Source: Octopus sinensis (taxonomy: Eukaryota). From it: 64,000 bases of DNA. Location: NCBI RefSeq assembly GCF_006345805.1, contig NC_043001.1, positions 14,322,001 to 14,386,000 on the forward strand, written 5' to 3'. Shown piece by piece: positions 1-12,298 of this stretch; the first letter of the stretch is position 1; each line of letters begins with the position of its first letter. The notes beneath the pieces are model-generated. The model did no database searches and was not told the DNA's origin. It was given only the letters and a program-made list of their open reading frames with translations. The position numbers and the translations under genes are program-made.

Positions 1-20
1 ATAATAATAATAAATATAAT

Positions 21-63
<43 letters not shown>

Positions 64-112
64 TAATAAAAATAGATAAGATAACATAGTAAAGAAATAG
101 TAAGCATCTTAC

Positions 113-286
113 TTGTGCCACATTAATAAATTTCACAATGACCTCTGCCCTTTGAGCTGGTGTTGTCCTGTTGAGGACCATGCACTGCACCCATTGGGAA
201 AGTCCGTTGAATAGAGCTATGGATCGTTCTAATTTAGGATTCTCTTTGAGAGAGGCAGTTAAAGCATAATTTTTAAAGTCAGTGAA
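113..286 (-). CDS. RASGRP: Internal exon of a RAS guanyl-releasing protein (RasGRP3-like, CDC25/RasGEF domain)
   Basis: Minus strand tttctttccag|TTCACT...GCACAA|gtaag, 174 nt, phase 0/0. Translates [58 protein letters not shown], closely resembling vertebrate RasGRP ([42 protein letters not shown], recalled from memory). Confidence 0.93.
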
Positions 287-423
287 CTGGAAAGAAAACA
301 AAAGCAAAATGAATGTAAACAGTTTTCAGAGAATAGAAAAGGGTTTTAAGGTGTTTTGTTTGTTTGTATTTATGTATGTATGTCTGTGTGTATGATGTAT
401 GTATACTGTCTTCAATCTCTGTA

Positions 424-454
<31 letters not shown>

Positions 455-497
455 TATATGAGGGCTAGTAAAATAAATTACTTTGCCACATACTGAA

Positions 498-597
498 NNN
501 NNNNNNNNNNNNNNNNNNNNNNNNNNNNNNNNNNNNNNNNNNNNNNNNNNNNNNNNNNNNNNNNNNNNNNNNNNNNNNNNNNNNNNNNNNNNNNNNN
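498..597. other. Assembly gap (100 N)
   Basis: Run of exactly 100 N, a placeholder of unknown size. Confidence 0.99.
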
Positions 598-845
598 GTG
601 ATGACACGGTGGTGGTGGTGGTGGGTGGTGTGGTGGTGATGACGGTGGTTGGTGGTGGTGGTGGTGGTGGGTGCGGACGGTGGTGGGTTGTGGTGGTGGT
701 GTGGTGTGGTGGTGATGACGGTGGTGGTGGTGGTGGTGGTGTGTGGTGATGACGGTGGTGGTGAAGAATATGAATAATTGAAAAATCCCAAAGAATATGA
801 GTGGCAGTGGTGGTGGTGGTGGCGGTGGCGGTGGTGGGGGGGACG
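598..845. repeat. (GGT)n low-complexity microsatellite
   Basis: Degenerate GGT/GTG run next to the gap. Confidence 0.9.
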
Positions 846-1507
846 GATGGGGAGGGATACGGAGGTGTGGGGTGGGGGGTTGGAATGGTTGTTTTGTCTT
901 TATTGCTTGTGTCATTTAGTCTTCTTTATTTTTTTTTACATTTTTTCTTTTTTCTTATTTTTAGGTGTGGAGGGGGGGGGACTCATGTGTGTGTGTGGAG
1001 GGGGTTGGGGACTCGTGTGTGTGTGTGGCGGTGGGGTGTGGTGTGTTTTGTTTCATAAAGAAACTATGCATTGCTAAAGAGGAAGAAAAGCAGATTCAAT
1101 TGTGAAGGAAAGAAAAACAAAAAAAAATAAAGATATAAAACATACCAAAAAATACAATAGAGGAGTGGAAAGAACTAGGTGGATAGGGGGAGGTCGTGTG
1201 TGATCAAGGGGTGGGGGAAAATATTTTTGATTTTATTTATTATTTTTTTTTTTTTGGTTTTGCTTTTCTCCCTCCCCTCCCTCCTTTCCATCCAACCATC
1301 CAACCATCCATCCACCTATGGAACATGAAAAGCAAAAAAATGTTAAATATTTCAAAAAAAAAAAAGAAATAGAAGGAAAAAATATATATATATATAAAAA
1401 AAAGGAAAAAATAACAACAACAAAAATTCAACTAAAAGAATGAAATTAACAAAAGAATGATAAAATAATAGAAATTTGAATAATTTCTTTCAAATATGAA
1501 AACAATA

Positions 1508-1670
1508 GGCGCAGGCATGGCTGTGCAGTTAAGAAACCCATTTTGAAACCATGTGATTCCAGGTTCAAGCCCAATGTGGGACACTTTGGATAAGTGTCTT
1601 CTACAAGGCTGACCAATACTTTGTGAATAAATTTGGTAGATGGAAACTGGAAGAAGCCTGTTCTATGTAT
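1508..1670 (+). mobile_element. tRNA-derived SINE family 1, 5' half
   Basis: ggcgcaggcatggctgtg head, ggttcaagccc B-box, tttggtagatggaaactggaagaagcc body. Confidence 0.8.
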
Positions 1671-1714
1671 ATATATATATAAATATATATATATATGTAT
1701 ATCTTATTTTATCT

Positions 1715-2045
1715 CTTTTATTCATTTACTTGTTTCAGTCATTTGACTGTGCCCATACTGGAGCACCACTTTTAGCCTAACAAATCAACCCCAGGACTTA
1801 TTCTTTGTAAGCCTGGTACTTATTATATTAGTCTCTTTGGCCAAACCACTAAGTTACAGGGATGCAAACACAACAACATCGGTTGTCAAGCGATGATGGG
1901 GGGACAAGCACAGACACAAAGACACAAATATATACATATATAATATATATATACAAGAGGCTTCTTTCAGTTTCCTTCTACCAAATCCACTCACAAGGCT
2001 TTGGTTAACCCGAGGCTTTAATAAAGACACTTGCCCAAGGTGCAA
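1715..2045 (-). mobile_element. SINE family 1, 5'-truncated
   Basis: tttacttgtttcagtcatttgactgtg tail through ccaaatccactcacaaggct. Confidence 0.8.
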
Positions 2046-2278
2046 GACCGGGCAATGTGTGTGTTTATGAGCAAAATACCTAGGCTCCATGCGGCTCCAG
2101 CAGAAGGTAATGCCGAACTTCTGCTGACTCTTTCGCCACAACTTTCTCTCAATCTTTCCTCCTGCACCTTGCAGCTCACCTGCAAAGGACCAGCATCCGA
2201 TCCAGGTGGGGAACCTATACACCAAGGAAACCAGGAAACCAGCCCTTATGAGCCAGGCATGGCTTGTGAAGGAACAAA

Positions 2279-2309
<31 letters not shown>

Positions 2310-2314
<5 letters not shown>

Positions 2315-2520
2315 GGCCATGCTCCACCCCAGGCCACAGCAACAAAGTCTATCTGTCACACTTCTCGGTCCATCATGCACATAGCAACCAGATAGCCATA
2401 GCCATCTTTGCCTGATCTTCTTGATAACTTTCGGCAGGCCTCCATAGAGGCATCCATTTGACATACATTGCTGGCATTTCACATTTAGGGCCATTCGTAG
2501 CATCCTTGTGTAGCATCAAT
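2310..2520 (-). mobile_element. Degenerate RTE/RTEX-type LINE ORF2 fragment
   Basis: Translation (Y)TRMLRMALNVKCQQCMSNGCLYGGLPKVIKKIRQRWLWLSG resembles the post-RT region of RTE-X LINEs. Confidence 0.65.
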
Positions 2521-2984
2521 CTGAATGCTAAAGGATTACTTTTCCGTTTTCCAGTATGGAAAGAGAAAAGGAAGAATACAGCCCATGACCAATGGAAATT
2601 CTCCCAAGTTGGTAAGACTGCAGTATGGACAATTCTGTGTGGGGAATATTCTCTGTGGTCACTTGCTCTTTTGAATCAGTGACCAAATCTCTCTGAAACC
2701 ATTAATCTACTCAAGGACACACTGGATAATATAATCCAGATTATAAAAGACAGGATGGTAAAAGCTGGAATGCTTTTGATCATAGATCTGCAGAGTTATG
2801 TCTAATCTAACTGATCCTGAAGACTAGAATATTTGAGCAGATATTGTAACAAGATGAGAGGGTGGGGGATAAATTCTACAAAGAGAAACGTGAAGAAGTT
2901 GAAGAGAGAAACAGAGAGAAAGAACGGAGAGGAAAGATGTGTTCTGTTGAAATACACCGCTTTGTTTGAAAATAATCTTTTATC

Positions 2985-3335
2985 TTCTACTTGTTCTAAT
3001 CAGTGGACTGTGGCCATGCTGGAGTACTGCTTTGAAAAGCTTAGTCAAACAAATTGACCCCGGTACTTATTTTCAAGTCTGATTTTCATTCTATCAATCT
3101 CTTTTACTAAACTGCTAAGTTGCAAGGACGTAAACAAACCAACATAAGTCGGCAAGCAGTAGAGGGTGACAAATGCAAACACACAGGCACACACACATAC
3201 ACACACACAACAGGTCTCCACACAGTTTCTGGTCAGCCCAGTGCTATAGAAGATAACACTTGCCCAAGGTGCTGTGCTGTGGGACTGAACCCAAAACCAT
3301 ATGGTTGCAAAGTGAGCTCCTAAACCACACAGCCA
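2985..3335 (-). mobile_element. SINE family 1, diverged copy
   Basis: gactgtggccatgctggag ... cacttgcccaaggtg ... gggactgaacc ... cacacagcca. Confidence 0.7.
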
Positions 3336-3419
3336 TGAAGAATTTAGTAAAATAACTGTCATTACTAAACTGGATTTTGGAACATAAATTAACGTGAAAG
3401 GTTTTAATTTAAATCTCTC

Positions 3420-3600
3420 TAACCCTTTCGTTACCGTATTTCTGTTGAGATGCTCTGTGTTTCTTTCAATTACTTTAATTCTAACAAAGAATTTAGTAAA
3501 ATAACTTAGTTATCATTAAGTTAGTGTTAGGAACATAACTTGTGACTAAGGTTTGGTGGAAGATTTTAATTCAGAACTTACGAAAACAAAATTTCCATCC
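3420..3600 (+). mobile_element. piggyBac-like MITE remnant
   Basis: taaccctttcgttaccgtatttctgttg terminus; related termini in reverse at about 11740-11760 and 11895-11920. Confidence 0.5.
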
Positions 3601-3836
3601 TGATATGATCCCTTATTTGTTTTTCAAATAAGGTAATCCACAGGTTTTTACACACCAAACTACTGTTACAAGATGTTAAGATATAGTGTTTATATTGAAC
3701 ATGAACAAAGGTCACTGCTACTTAAGTTTTGCCAATGTGAAGATTTGTGGAGAAAAACATACCCAAGTGCAAGCATATCACGGTTCCACTTCAGCGACCA
3801 TATGTAACACTGAATTGCAGTAGAACTGTATCAGTA

Positions 3837-4245
3837 AAGGTGGCGAGCTGGCAGAAATGTTAGCATGCTGGGCAAAATGCTTAGCGGTATTTCGTCTGCC
3901 GTAACGTTCTGAGTTCAAATTCTGCCGAGGTCGACTTTGCCTTTCATCCTTCTGGGGTCGATAAATTAAGTACCAGTTACGCACTGGGGTCGATGTAATC
4001 GACTTAATCCGTTTGTCTGTCCTTGTTTGTCCTCTCTGCGTTTAGCCCCTTGTGGGGTAGTAAAGAAATAGGTATTTCATCTGCCGTTACGTTCTGAGTT
4101 CAAATTCCGCCGAGGTTGACTTTGCCTTTCATCCTTCCAGGGTCAATTAAATAAGTACCAGTTACACACTGAGGTCGATGTAATTGACTTAATCCGTTTG
4201 TTTGTCCCCTCTATGTTTAGCCCCTTGTGGGCAATAAAGAAATAA
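3837..4245 (+). mobile_element. SINE family 2 (gcctttcatcctttcggggtcgataaa core) with duplicated body
   Basis: aaggtggcgagctggcagaa head, gagttcaaattc B-box-like motif; body repeated after aaagaaata|ggtatttc. Confidence 0.85.
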
Positions 4246-4309
4246 GAACTGTATCAGTGACCAGGTCACAGTTGATATGACAAAACTTTTGACCCCAAAT
4301 ACTAAATGT

Positions 4310-4548
4310 TTAACCCTCAAGCATTTAATCCAATCATGTCTGGCCAAAATATACTCCGGGGGTTTATGTTAAAACTGACCAGATCCACCCTCTCACCCGT
4401 ACCCTACAATATCAGTCTAAAAATAAACAATCGCACCATTGAAATCTTGACGCTACAAGATAATCACAGATTATCTTGTGAACAATGTGAATAAGTAAAT
4501 AAATAAATAAACACATTTAACAAAGAAATCCGAATGTCAGAGAGTTAA
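4310..4548. mobile_element. piggyBac-like MITE
   Basis: TTAA at both ends (4310-4313, 4545-4548); imperfect TIRs ccctcaagcatt / gaatgtcagagag. Confidence 0.6.
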
Positions 4549-5026
4549 ACAAAGTTAATTACTTTGTGTGTTTTTGCGAGGCTAATACAAATCTTCCGTG
4601 CCACAATTGTTTTAATTACGATACAGTCTCAGATCATATCACTCGTTAGACAAGCAAGTACATCTCCGACAATAATTACGGATAGACATACTTCTATACT
4701 TTCCAGGACAACAGGTTGTGAGTTCGTTCATAGTTCGGTGCATAAAAGAGAAGCTAACTGTAAAAGACAATTGCTCGAGAAATCAACAGAAACTAATTAA
4801 AAGAAAAAAAAATTTAGTTTCTTTTTTTGTTACTTTTTTGGCCTGAATATATATTTTCTGTCTTTTTTTTTTTTGTTTTTTTTTTTATACATAGAACACA
4901 TCTGGTATGGAGAGGTGGGTAGATAAGGGGTGAAGGTCTCTGTAATAATGGTCAGTGTACGTAACAGTTAGGTCAGGCAGTGTAGCAGTTTGTGATTTGG
5001 GGTGCTAAGTAGCGAATTACGTTCAT

Positions 5027-5083
<57 letters not shown>

Positions 5084-5174
5084 CTTTAGATCTGGTGTTT
5101 TACTAACAACATTACAAAGAGTAAATAATTATTACATATGGAATTCTGTGTCCTAGAATGTACAAACAAACTTT

Positions 5175-5231
<57 letters not shown>

Positions 5232-5869
5232 CTTTCTCTCTCCTTCTATCTCTGTCTCTCTGTGTCTCTCTTTGTTTCTATCTGTCTGTCTCTGTTTCTT
5301 TATATCCCTCTCTCACTCTCTTTCTGTCACTTGATCTCTCTATCTCTTTATATCCCCCACTATCCATTTCTGTCTCCTTCCCTCTCTCTCTCTCTCCCTC
5401 TCTTTCTCTTTCCCTCTCTCTCTCTACCACTCTCTTTCTCTCACGCTCTTCAATACATTCCACCTTATACTTGGCCTTTGACCCAACCATTTACAAGTAA
5501 TTATAACAGCAAAGTAAGTCAGCCAAACGAGTCGTTGATCAAACATTCATAATAAGTCACTAATTACTTATCCGTCCAGTAATGTACACTTTATAGTCTT
5601 TAATTCAGGCTATTTTCATCCTCTCAATGGTGTGGTCATACGGAGCACCCAATGAGGTTCTCCGACAATTTAGTTCAACATTTCCAGTGTCATTGTCATC
5701 AAGAATATTCCTTGATATACATACATCATTACATGGAGATTCATTGTTTTTTTTTTTTGTTTCTTTTCAGTCATTTGACTTCAGCCATGCTGGAGCACTG
5801 CCTTCAGTCGAGCAAATCAACCCCAGGACTTATTCTTTGTAAGCCTAGTATTTATTCTATCGGCCTCTT

Positions 5870-6510
5870 GCTAATGCCAACCACTCCGCGAGTGTAGTGA
5901 GTGTTTTTTACATGCCACCGGCACAAGGGCCAGAGGAGGCTGGCAACGGCCACATTCGGATGATGCTTCTTATGTGCCACCGGAACAGGTATCACAACTA
6001 CAATTTCCATTTGACTTTTATTTTAATGTTGATGTACTTGACTCAATAGGTCTCCTCAAGCACAGCAGGTCGCCCTACAATCTAAGGTAAGCACTGCAGG
6101 CCGTCCTGCGATCCAAGGTACTTTGAATGGACTGGGGCTGGTTATGTGAAGCTGGTGTAGGATACAGCCATGAACTCACTTTATTTGTTGGGTCTTCGCA
6201 GTCACAGCATATCTATAGAGGTCTCCGTCTTTTGTCATTGCCTCAGTGAGGCCCAACATTCAAAGGTCATGCTTGACCACCTCATTCCATGTCTTCCTGG
6301 GTCTACCTCTACCCCAGATTCCTTTAACTGTTTGGGAGTGGCACTTCTTCACACATCTCTTCTCATCCATCCATAGTACATGACCATACCAGCGCAAATG
6401 TCTCTCTTGCACGCCACACCTGATGCTTCTTATGTCCAGCATTTCTCTCAGGGTGCTTACACTCTGTCGTGTGTGCACGCTGACATTACACATCCAGCGG
6501 ATCATGCTTG
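5870..6510 (-). mobile_element. RTE-clade LINE 3' fragment (ORF2 C-terminus plus 3'UTR)
   Basis: MIRWMCNVSVHTRQSVSTLREMLDIRSIRCGVQERHLRWYGHV...RGRPRKTW, homologous to the copy at 61200-62898. Confidence 0.9.
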
Positions 6511-6802
6511 GTATTTATATAAACTTAAAGCTTACAGCAATCACCATGCGATGACTAAGGAAAATAGTCTAATAATGTTGAGGGCATTATTGGAGAGAGA
6601 GAGAGAGAGAGAGATGGATTGGTAAGGGAGAGACATGGCAGAGGTAGACCAAAGAAGAGTTGTGAAGCAAGGTTCCTACAGAGAGTCTGTTGCTTGTAAC
6701 GCAAGAATTCTCACATGCTCAGTCAACAGGCATGACAAAATATATTGCAGATTAATAAAATGCATGGTTGATTAAGGAAAAAAAATATCAAGTGTTGAAT
6801 TC

Positions 6803-7480
6803 ATGGTGGTGGTAGTGGTAGTGGTGGTAGTGACAGTGACAGTGGTGCCAGCAATGGCGATGGCAGTAGTAGCAGTGGTGACAGCAACAATAATGATGGG
6901 GAAGCGAGGGGGAATGGTGGCGATGGTGGTGGTAATTGTGGTGGTGGTGGTGATTGTGGTGGTGGTGGTAATGGTAGTGGTGGTGGTAATGGTGGCAGTG
7001 GTGGTGGTGATGGTGGTGGTGGTGGCGGCAGCGGCGGTGGTGGTGGTAATTGTGGTGGTGGTGACAGTGTTGGTGGCAGTGGACATGGGAGTGGTAGTGG
7101 TGGTGACAGTGGTGGTAATGGTGGGGGGGGGTGGAAGTGGTTGGTGGTAGGTGGGAGGTGGTGGTGGTGGTGGGGTGGGGTGGTGGTGGTGGTGGTGTGA
7201 AGTGGACATGGTGGTGGTAGTGGAGGTGGTGGTGGTAGTGGAAGTGGTGGTGGTGGTGGTGGTGGTGGTGGTGGAGGTGGTGGTGGTAGTGGAGGTGGTG
7301 GTGGTGGTGGTGGTGGTGGTGGTGGTGGTGGTCGCGGCAGCAACAGTGATGGTGGCGATGGTGGTGATGATGATGATAGTGAACGTGGGTGATGATGATG
7401 ATCAATATAATCATGATCTTGCCGATGACGACCATGGTGGTGATGATCACAACAGCGATGATGATGATGCTGATGATGAT
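6803..7480. repeat. (GGT)n/(GAT)n microsatellite tract
   Basis: Long degenerate trinucleotide run. Confidence 0.95.
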
Positions 7481-7899
7481 GAGACAAGAGGAATAAAAAC
7501 GATGATTAAAACCAGATTATATCTAACTCCATTTTTATTTTTTTGATTCATTTATTTATCCAAGCTACCCACATATCTAAAATAAACTACCTGTATGATG
7601 TATAGGAGACTATCGTACAAGGGGAGGAGGCTCGGCCAGACCAACAAAGGGGCCTTTCTGTCTGCCCTGGAACAAGTCATCTGCATCGTAAAACGGTTTG
7701 GAAAATGTAATGAAACGGTAGAGAGGGTCGGAGAGTAAATGCAGATATGTGCAAGATAAACAAAAAAAAAAAAAAAATGCAGATGAATCTGTTGCATTGC
7801 AGAATGGTAAATGGTAATTCTGGAAGATAAAATGGCTTTAGATCAGTATGGGAGATTGGTAAAAGGAGAAAGTGAATGAGAGTAAGAGGGGGAGGGGAA

Positions 7900-7995
7900 G
7901 TAGATTAAGGGAGAGAGAGGGGCATAGATAGATAGAGAGGTGATAGATTAGATACAGAGAGAGAGGATAAATAGAGAGGGGGTAGATAGAGAGAG

Positions 7996-8038
<43 letters not shown>

Positions 8039-8660
8039 CAGATAGATAGATAGACAGATAGATAGATAGATAGATAGATAGGGAGGGAGGTAGATAGATA
8101 GATAGATAGGCAGGCAGGCAGGCAGGCAGATAGATAGAGAGAGGAGATAGATAGATAGAGAGCAGTAGATCGAGAGAGAGAGGGAGAAAGATAGATAGAT
8201 AGTTAGATAGATAGAGAGAGAGAGAGGTAGATCGAGAGAGAGAGAGAGCAAGAGAAGATAGATAGATAGATAGAGAGAAGTAGATTGAGAGAGAAAGAGA
8301 GAAAGTGAGAGGTAGATCAAGAGAGAGTGAAAGGTAGATCAAGAGAGTGAGAGGTAGACAGATAGAGAGAGGGAGAGAGAGAGAGAGAGGTAGATAGATA
8401 GCTTGATAGATTGCTAGCTAGACAGGCAGACAGATAGATAAACAGAGGAGATAAACAGAGAGAGACAGACAGAAAGAGAGAGATAGGAAAGAGAAGGTAG
8501 AGATGAGGTGTCAGGACATACCCTCAATGTAAAGAAGGTGGATAAAGAGAGAGAACAGGTACAGAGAATCAAGGACAGAGAAAGAGAAGTAAGAGAGAGA
8601 GAATAGAGAGTAAGAGATAGATATATAGATAGAGAGAGGGAGAGTATTAAAGTAGAGCAG
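7900..8660. repeat. (GATA)n/(GA)n purine-rich microsatellite tract
   Basis: Repeated gata/gaga units. Confidence 0.9.
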
Positions 8661-9136
8661 AGGTAGGAGATCACTGTCTGTAATAGAGAAAGAAGACTAA
8701 TTCGACAACGACACTGGTTGAAATGTGAGCGAGACCAGATGATGATGTGAAGTAGATAAGGAAGCAAGCCAATCGACCAATGAGAATCAATAGAATATTA
8801 GCTGCAGAGAGTTAGATTTAGTCTGGTGAGATTCTTGTATCAAGGAACTGTTAATGTCTGCGAGTTGAGGGGTGATGGAAAGAAGGGGGAAAAAATGAAG
8901 ATTTGGGGAATTTAGCGTGTTTTGGGGAAAGAATTGTTTAAATCAATCTATAGCAAGCAATGTTAAAAAGGAAACCAGATCTATAAACCAGTAAAGATTG
9001 GGTTATAGATCAGGTGTTGTGTAGTATTGATCTCATCGATCGATCAGTATGAATTACTGATTTGAAATGGTGCAAAGTTTCTCAATAAATTGATGAAAGT
9101 CTTGTTGTTGTTGTTGATGGCTTTTTATAAGGTAGA

Positions 9137-9500
9137 GGCATGGCTGTGTGGTAAGAAGCTTGCTTCCCAACCACAAGGTTCCAGGTTCTGTCCCACTGCA
9201 TGGCACCTTGGGCAAATGTCTTCTACTGTCGCCTTGGGCCAACCAGAGCATTTATGAGTGGATTTAGTAAATGGAAACTGAAAGAAGCCCATCGTGTGTG
9301 CATGTGTATGTGTGTGTGAGACAATGGGTGATGGTGTGTTTATGCTCCTGTGACCTAGCGGTTTGGCAAAAGACACCAACAGAATAAGCACCAGATTTAA
9401 AAACGGAATAAGTACTGGGATCGATTCATTCAACCAAAAATTCTTCAAGAAGGTGCCCCAGCATGGCTGCAGTCTAATGAATGAGACAAGTAAAAAGATA
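9137..9500 (+). mobile_element. SINE family 1, diverged full-length copy
   Basis: ggcatggctgtgtggtaagaagcttgcttcccaacc head to gactgaaacaagtaaaag-like tail. Confidence 0.8.
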
Positions 9501-10796
9501 ACAAAATAATGACTACATTCTCTAATATATCACTCTTTATTTGAGGCAGCAGAGTGTGATGTGAGGGATATTTAGCTGATATTTCTAGTATTTTGAGCAA
9601 CCATGTGCAGGTCCCCTCATTAGCATATCTACTTCACAGTTGAGTGGTTAACAGTATGGAAGAGGAGTCTGTTGAATAAACACTGCTTCAACAGAATAAA
9701 CATAGAAACATGGAAAAATGAATATTAAACAGTTAAAGAAAAATGTATTTGGGAAAACAAATATTTTATAAATTGAGAAAAGCTGTTTTAGATTTCTAAA
9801 ATAGATAAAATTTAAATTAATCTAATGATAACAATAATTATTTAAATAATTCCAGAATATTCTAACACAAAGGAACAGAAGCAGTCTTGTTAAGAGTGGA
9901 GATGTTGGACTTTGAGTTGAAGTCACTAAAATTTAGAAATCTCAAGCACTTATGGGCTATTTTTAAATGTTTGCACTTAGGTTTTTGTAAAGAACACATC
10001 TGGACTACATAATATAAGAGTGGCTTCATTTTGCTAAAACGGTTTTGCTTAAAACTGGAAATGAAATTAATATTTTTAGCTAACCAAGCACATAACTGAA
10101 AAATTAACTCTTATCGCAGCGAAAGGATGAAAGGCAAAGTCGACCTCGGCGGAATTTGAACTCAGAACGTAAAGCCAGGCAAAATACCGTTAAGCACTTC
10201 ACCCAGTGTGCTAACGTTTCTGCCAGCTTGCCGCAGAAGCTATAGTCCCTACCATAGCTTCAGATTGATTCAAGCTTGACGAGCAAAATAAAACTTAAGC
10301 AAAGAGAAGCCTCGCAATTGGACTCCACAGAAATTCCTCCATATTAGGTAGTAGATTTAGCCCTTTTGATACCAATCCACCTAGGGTGCTATGGTACAAA
10401 TGTCTTGATTTAAATTATTCTAAATCAACATTTTTGCACTCACGAGCCCTTACCCAAAAGCTTGAAACCCATGAGACCCCCTACTAATCAGCAGAACATA
10501 AAAAAATGTAATTGATGAGTTGAAATTAATATGATCCCAAGCCACTTCTAGCAAGACAATGTGACCCCACTGCCAAGGCTTTGCAACACCCCCACCCCCA
10601 CCCACACAGAGGGGTCGGGAACCACCGGTTAGGAACCCCTGTCTTATTGCAAAGCAACGTTTCTAGGGGACAAGAATAATAAGGCTATGTGCACTGATGC
10701 ATAGCCTAGTGGTTAGGGTGTTGCACTCTCAATTGCTAGATTGTGTGTTCAATTCCTGTTCTAGGCACTGTGTTATATTTCTGAGAAAAACACTTC

Positions 10797-11473
10797 ATAC
10801 ATTATTTACATTGATGGATATTTGTCCTCATCTTTTTTGTTGTTAACACGTTTCAATTGATATATCCTCCAACCTTCATCAGATGTCTTGGGAAATTTCA
10901 AACCTGGGTTCTCGTTCCAAAGGTATTTTTCAGTGATATTATTATTATTATTATTATTGAGTGAGAGAGCAGTTCATGCCATCAAAGTGACACTGGGGTA
11001 AAATATACAAAGCCCAATATACCCATCATGATTACTCGTCTGATAAGGGTACACTAGGCATATGCATCACAACCATATGTGCGCGACATGGTGATCTCAT
11101 ATCAAGATAAACAGTGCATGACCTTGCAGTTGGGGCCCAGTAAGAATTTTCTTCTGGTCGAGTAGCCCATCCTGCTCAAAAGGTCCCTGAATAAGTATTG
11201 TTTAAGGATGTTGAACGAACCACCCATGTTTCCAAATGTGAATTATCCAAAACTCCAAGAATTCCTTTTAACACATGGTTATGATGCTCCCCCACTACTT
11301 CTGCTCGTGGTCAAAGATGCGCATATCATCAGCCACTAAGGGACATGGTCAACTGGTTAAGGTCAAACAACTGACAAGCAAATCTGTGGTATTGAGCAGA
11401 ATATTTGCTGTAGCCCATCTTTTATACCAAAACAAAACAATGTACATGATAACACTTCCGATCAGTTAAGATC

Positions 11474-11516
<43 letters not shown>

Positions 11517-11706
11517 TATCATTATTATTATTATTCAGGTCACTGCCTTGAATCAAACTCGGAATCTTGGGGTTTGTAGCCCGTGCTCTTAACCACTATG
11601 CCATATGCCCATAGGCAGCAAACAAGATGTGGACAAATATCCATCAAATGTAAAAAATGTAAATAATGTACATAACTCCTCATCTCTTAAATATAGAAAT
11701 GTAAAA
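10797..11706 (-). mobile_element. Composite element copy 1: tRNA-like head (11536-11612), (TAA)n spacer, Penelope-type tail with degenerate hammerhead, plus inverted partial tail (11616-11706)
   Basis: Minus head gggcatatggcatagtggttaagagcacg...gagtttgattc; tail gacatctgatgaaggttggaggatatatcaattgaaacgtgtt; homologous to 19593-20500 and 41375-41548. Confidence 0.75.
10959..11473 (-). mobile_element. (TAA)n-targeting retroelement 3' region (probably Dong/R4-associated), nested
   Basis: Flanked by TAA runs on both sides, ends ctctctcactc-aataat. The same sequence occurs at 19789-20285, 47165-47301 and 48660-49097. Confidence 0.7.
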
Positions 11707-11994
11707 CACTTTGAAACAAAGGCAATATCCTTCAATAGAAATATGATGAAAAAAGGGTTAAAGTGATCTCAAATGAAACCTTCCATCAAAATTTCATGTT
11801 CCTTTATGTTCAAAACAGTAGCTAAATGACAAAGTGGTTTTACTGAATTCTTCATTATTTTCGAAATTAATCAAATCAGAAGCAATGTGTTACAACAGAA
11901 ATATGGTAACAAAAAGGTTAATCTGTTGCCTGGGCCCTAAATAGCTTTAGTGTAATCCACTGTTGTAAGAATTCAGATCAGATCTTTGATCTGA

Positions 11995-12202
11995 GGACAA
12001 CTTAGGTGTCTTAGGACAACTTAGGCATCTTAGGACAACTTAGGTGTCTTAGGACAACTTAGGCGTCTTAGGACAACTTAGGTGTCTTAGGACAACTTAG
12101 GTGTCTTAGGACAACTTAGGCGTCTTAGGACAACTTAGGCGTCTTAGGACAACTTAGGTGTCTTAGGACAACTTAGGTGTCTTAGGACAACTTAGGTGTC
12201 TT
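11995..12202. repeat. 19-bp minisatellite, about 11 copies
   Basis: Unit ggacaacttagg(t/c)gtctta. Confidence 0.95.
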
Positions 12203-12298
12203 TTCTCTATTTCTGCCACTTGTCTCAAAGGTCCATCAAATTTTATAAACACTGCCCTTCATCTACTGACTAAACAATTAAACTTTTAAAATCCATTT

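Noticed and set aside
465-1077. His/Pro/Val-rich ORFs
   Set aside because: Translations of (GGT)n repeats, some crossing the N gap.
6772-7546. Extensin/formin-like poly-Pro and poly-His ORFs
   Set aside because: Open in most frames because of a trinucleotide microsatellite; no splice or codon evidence.
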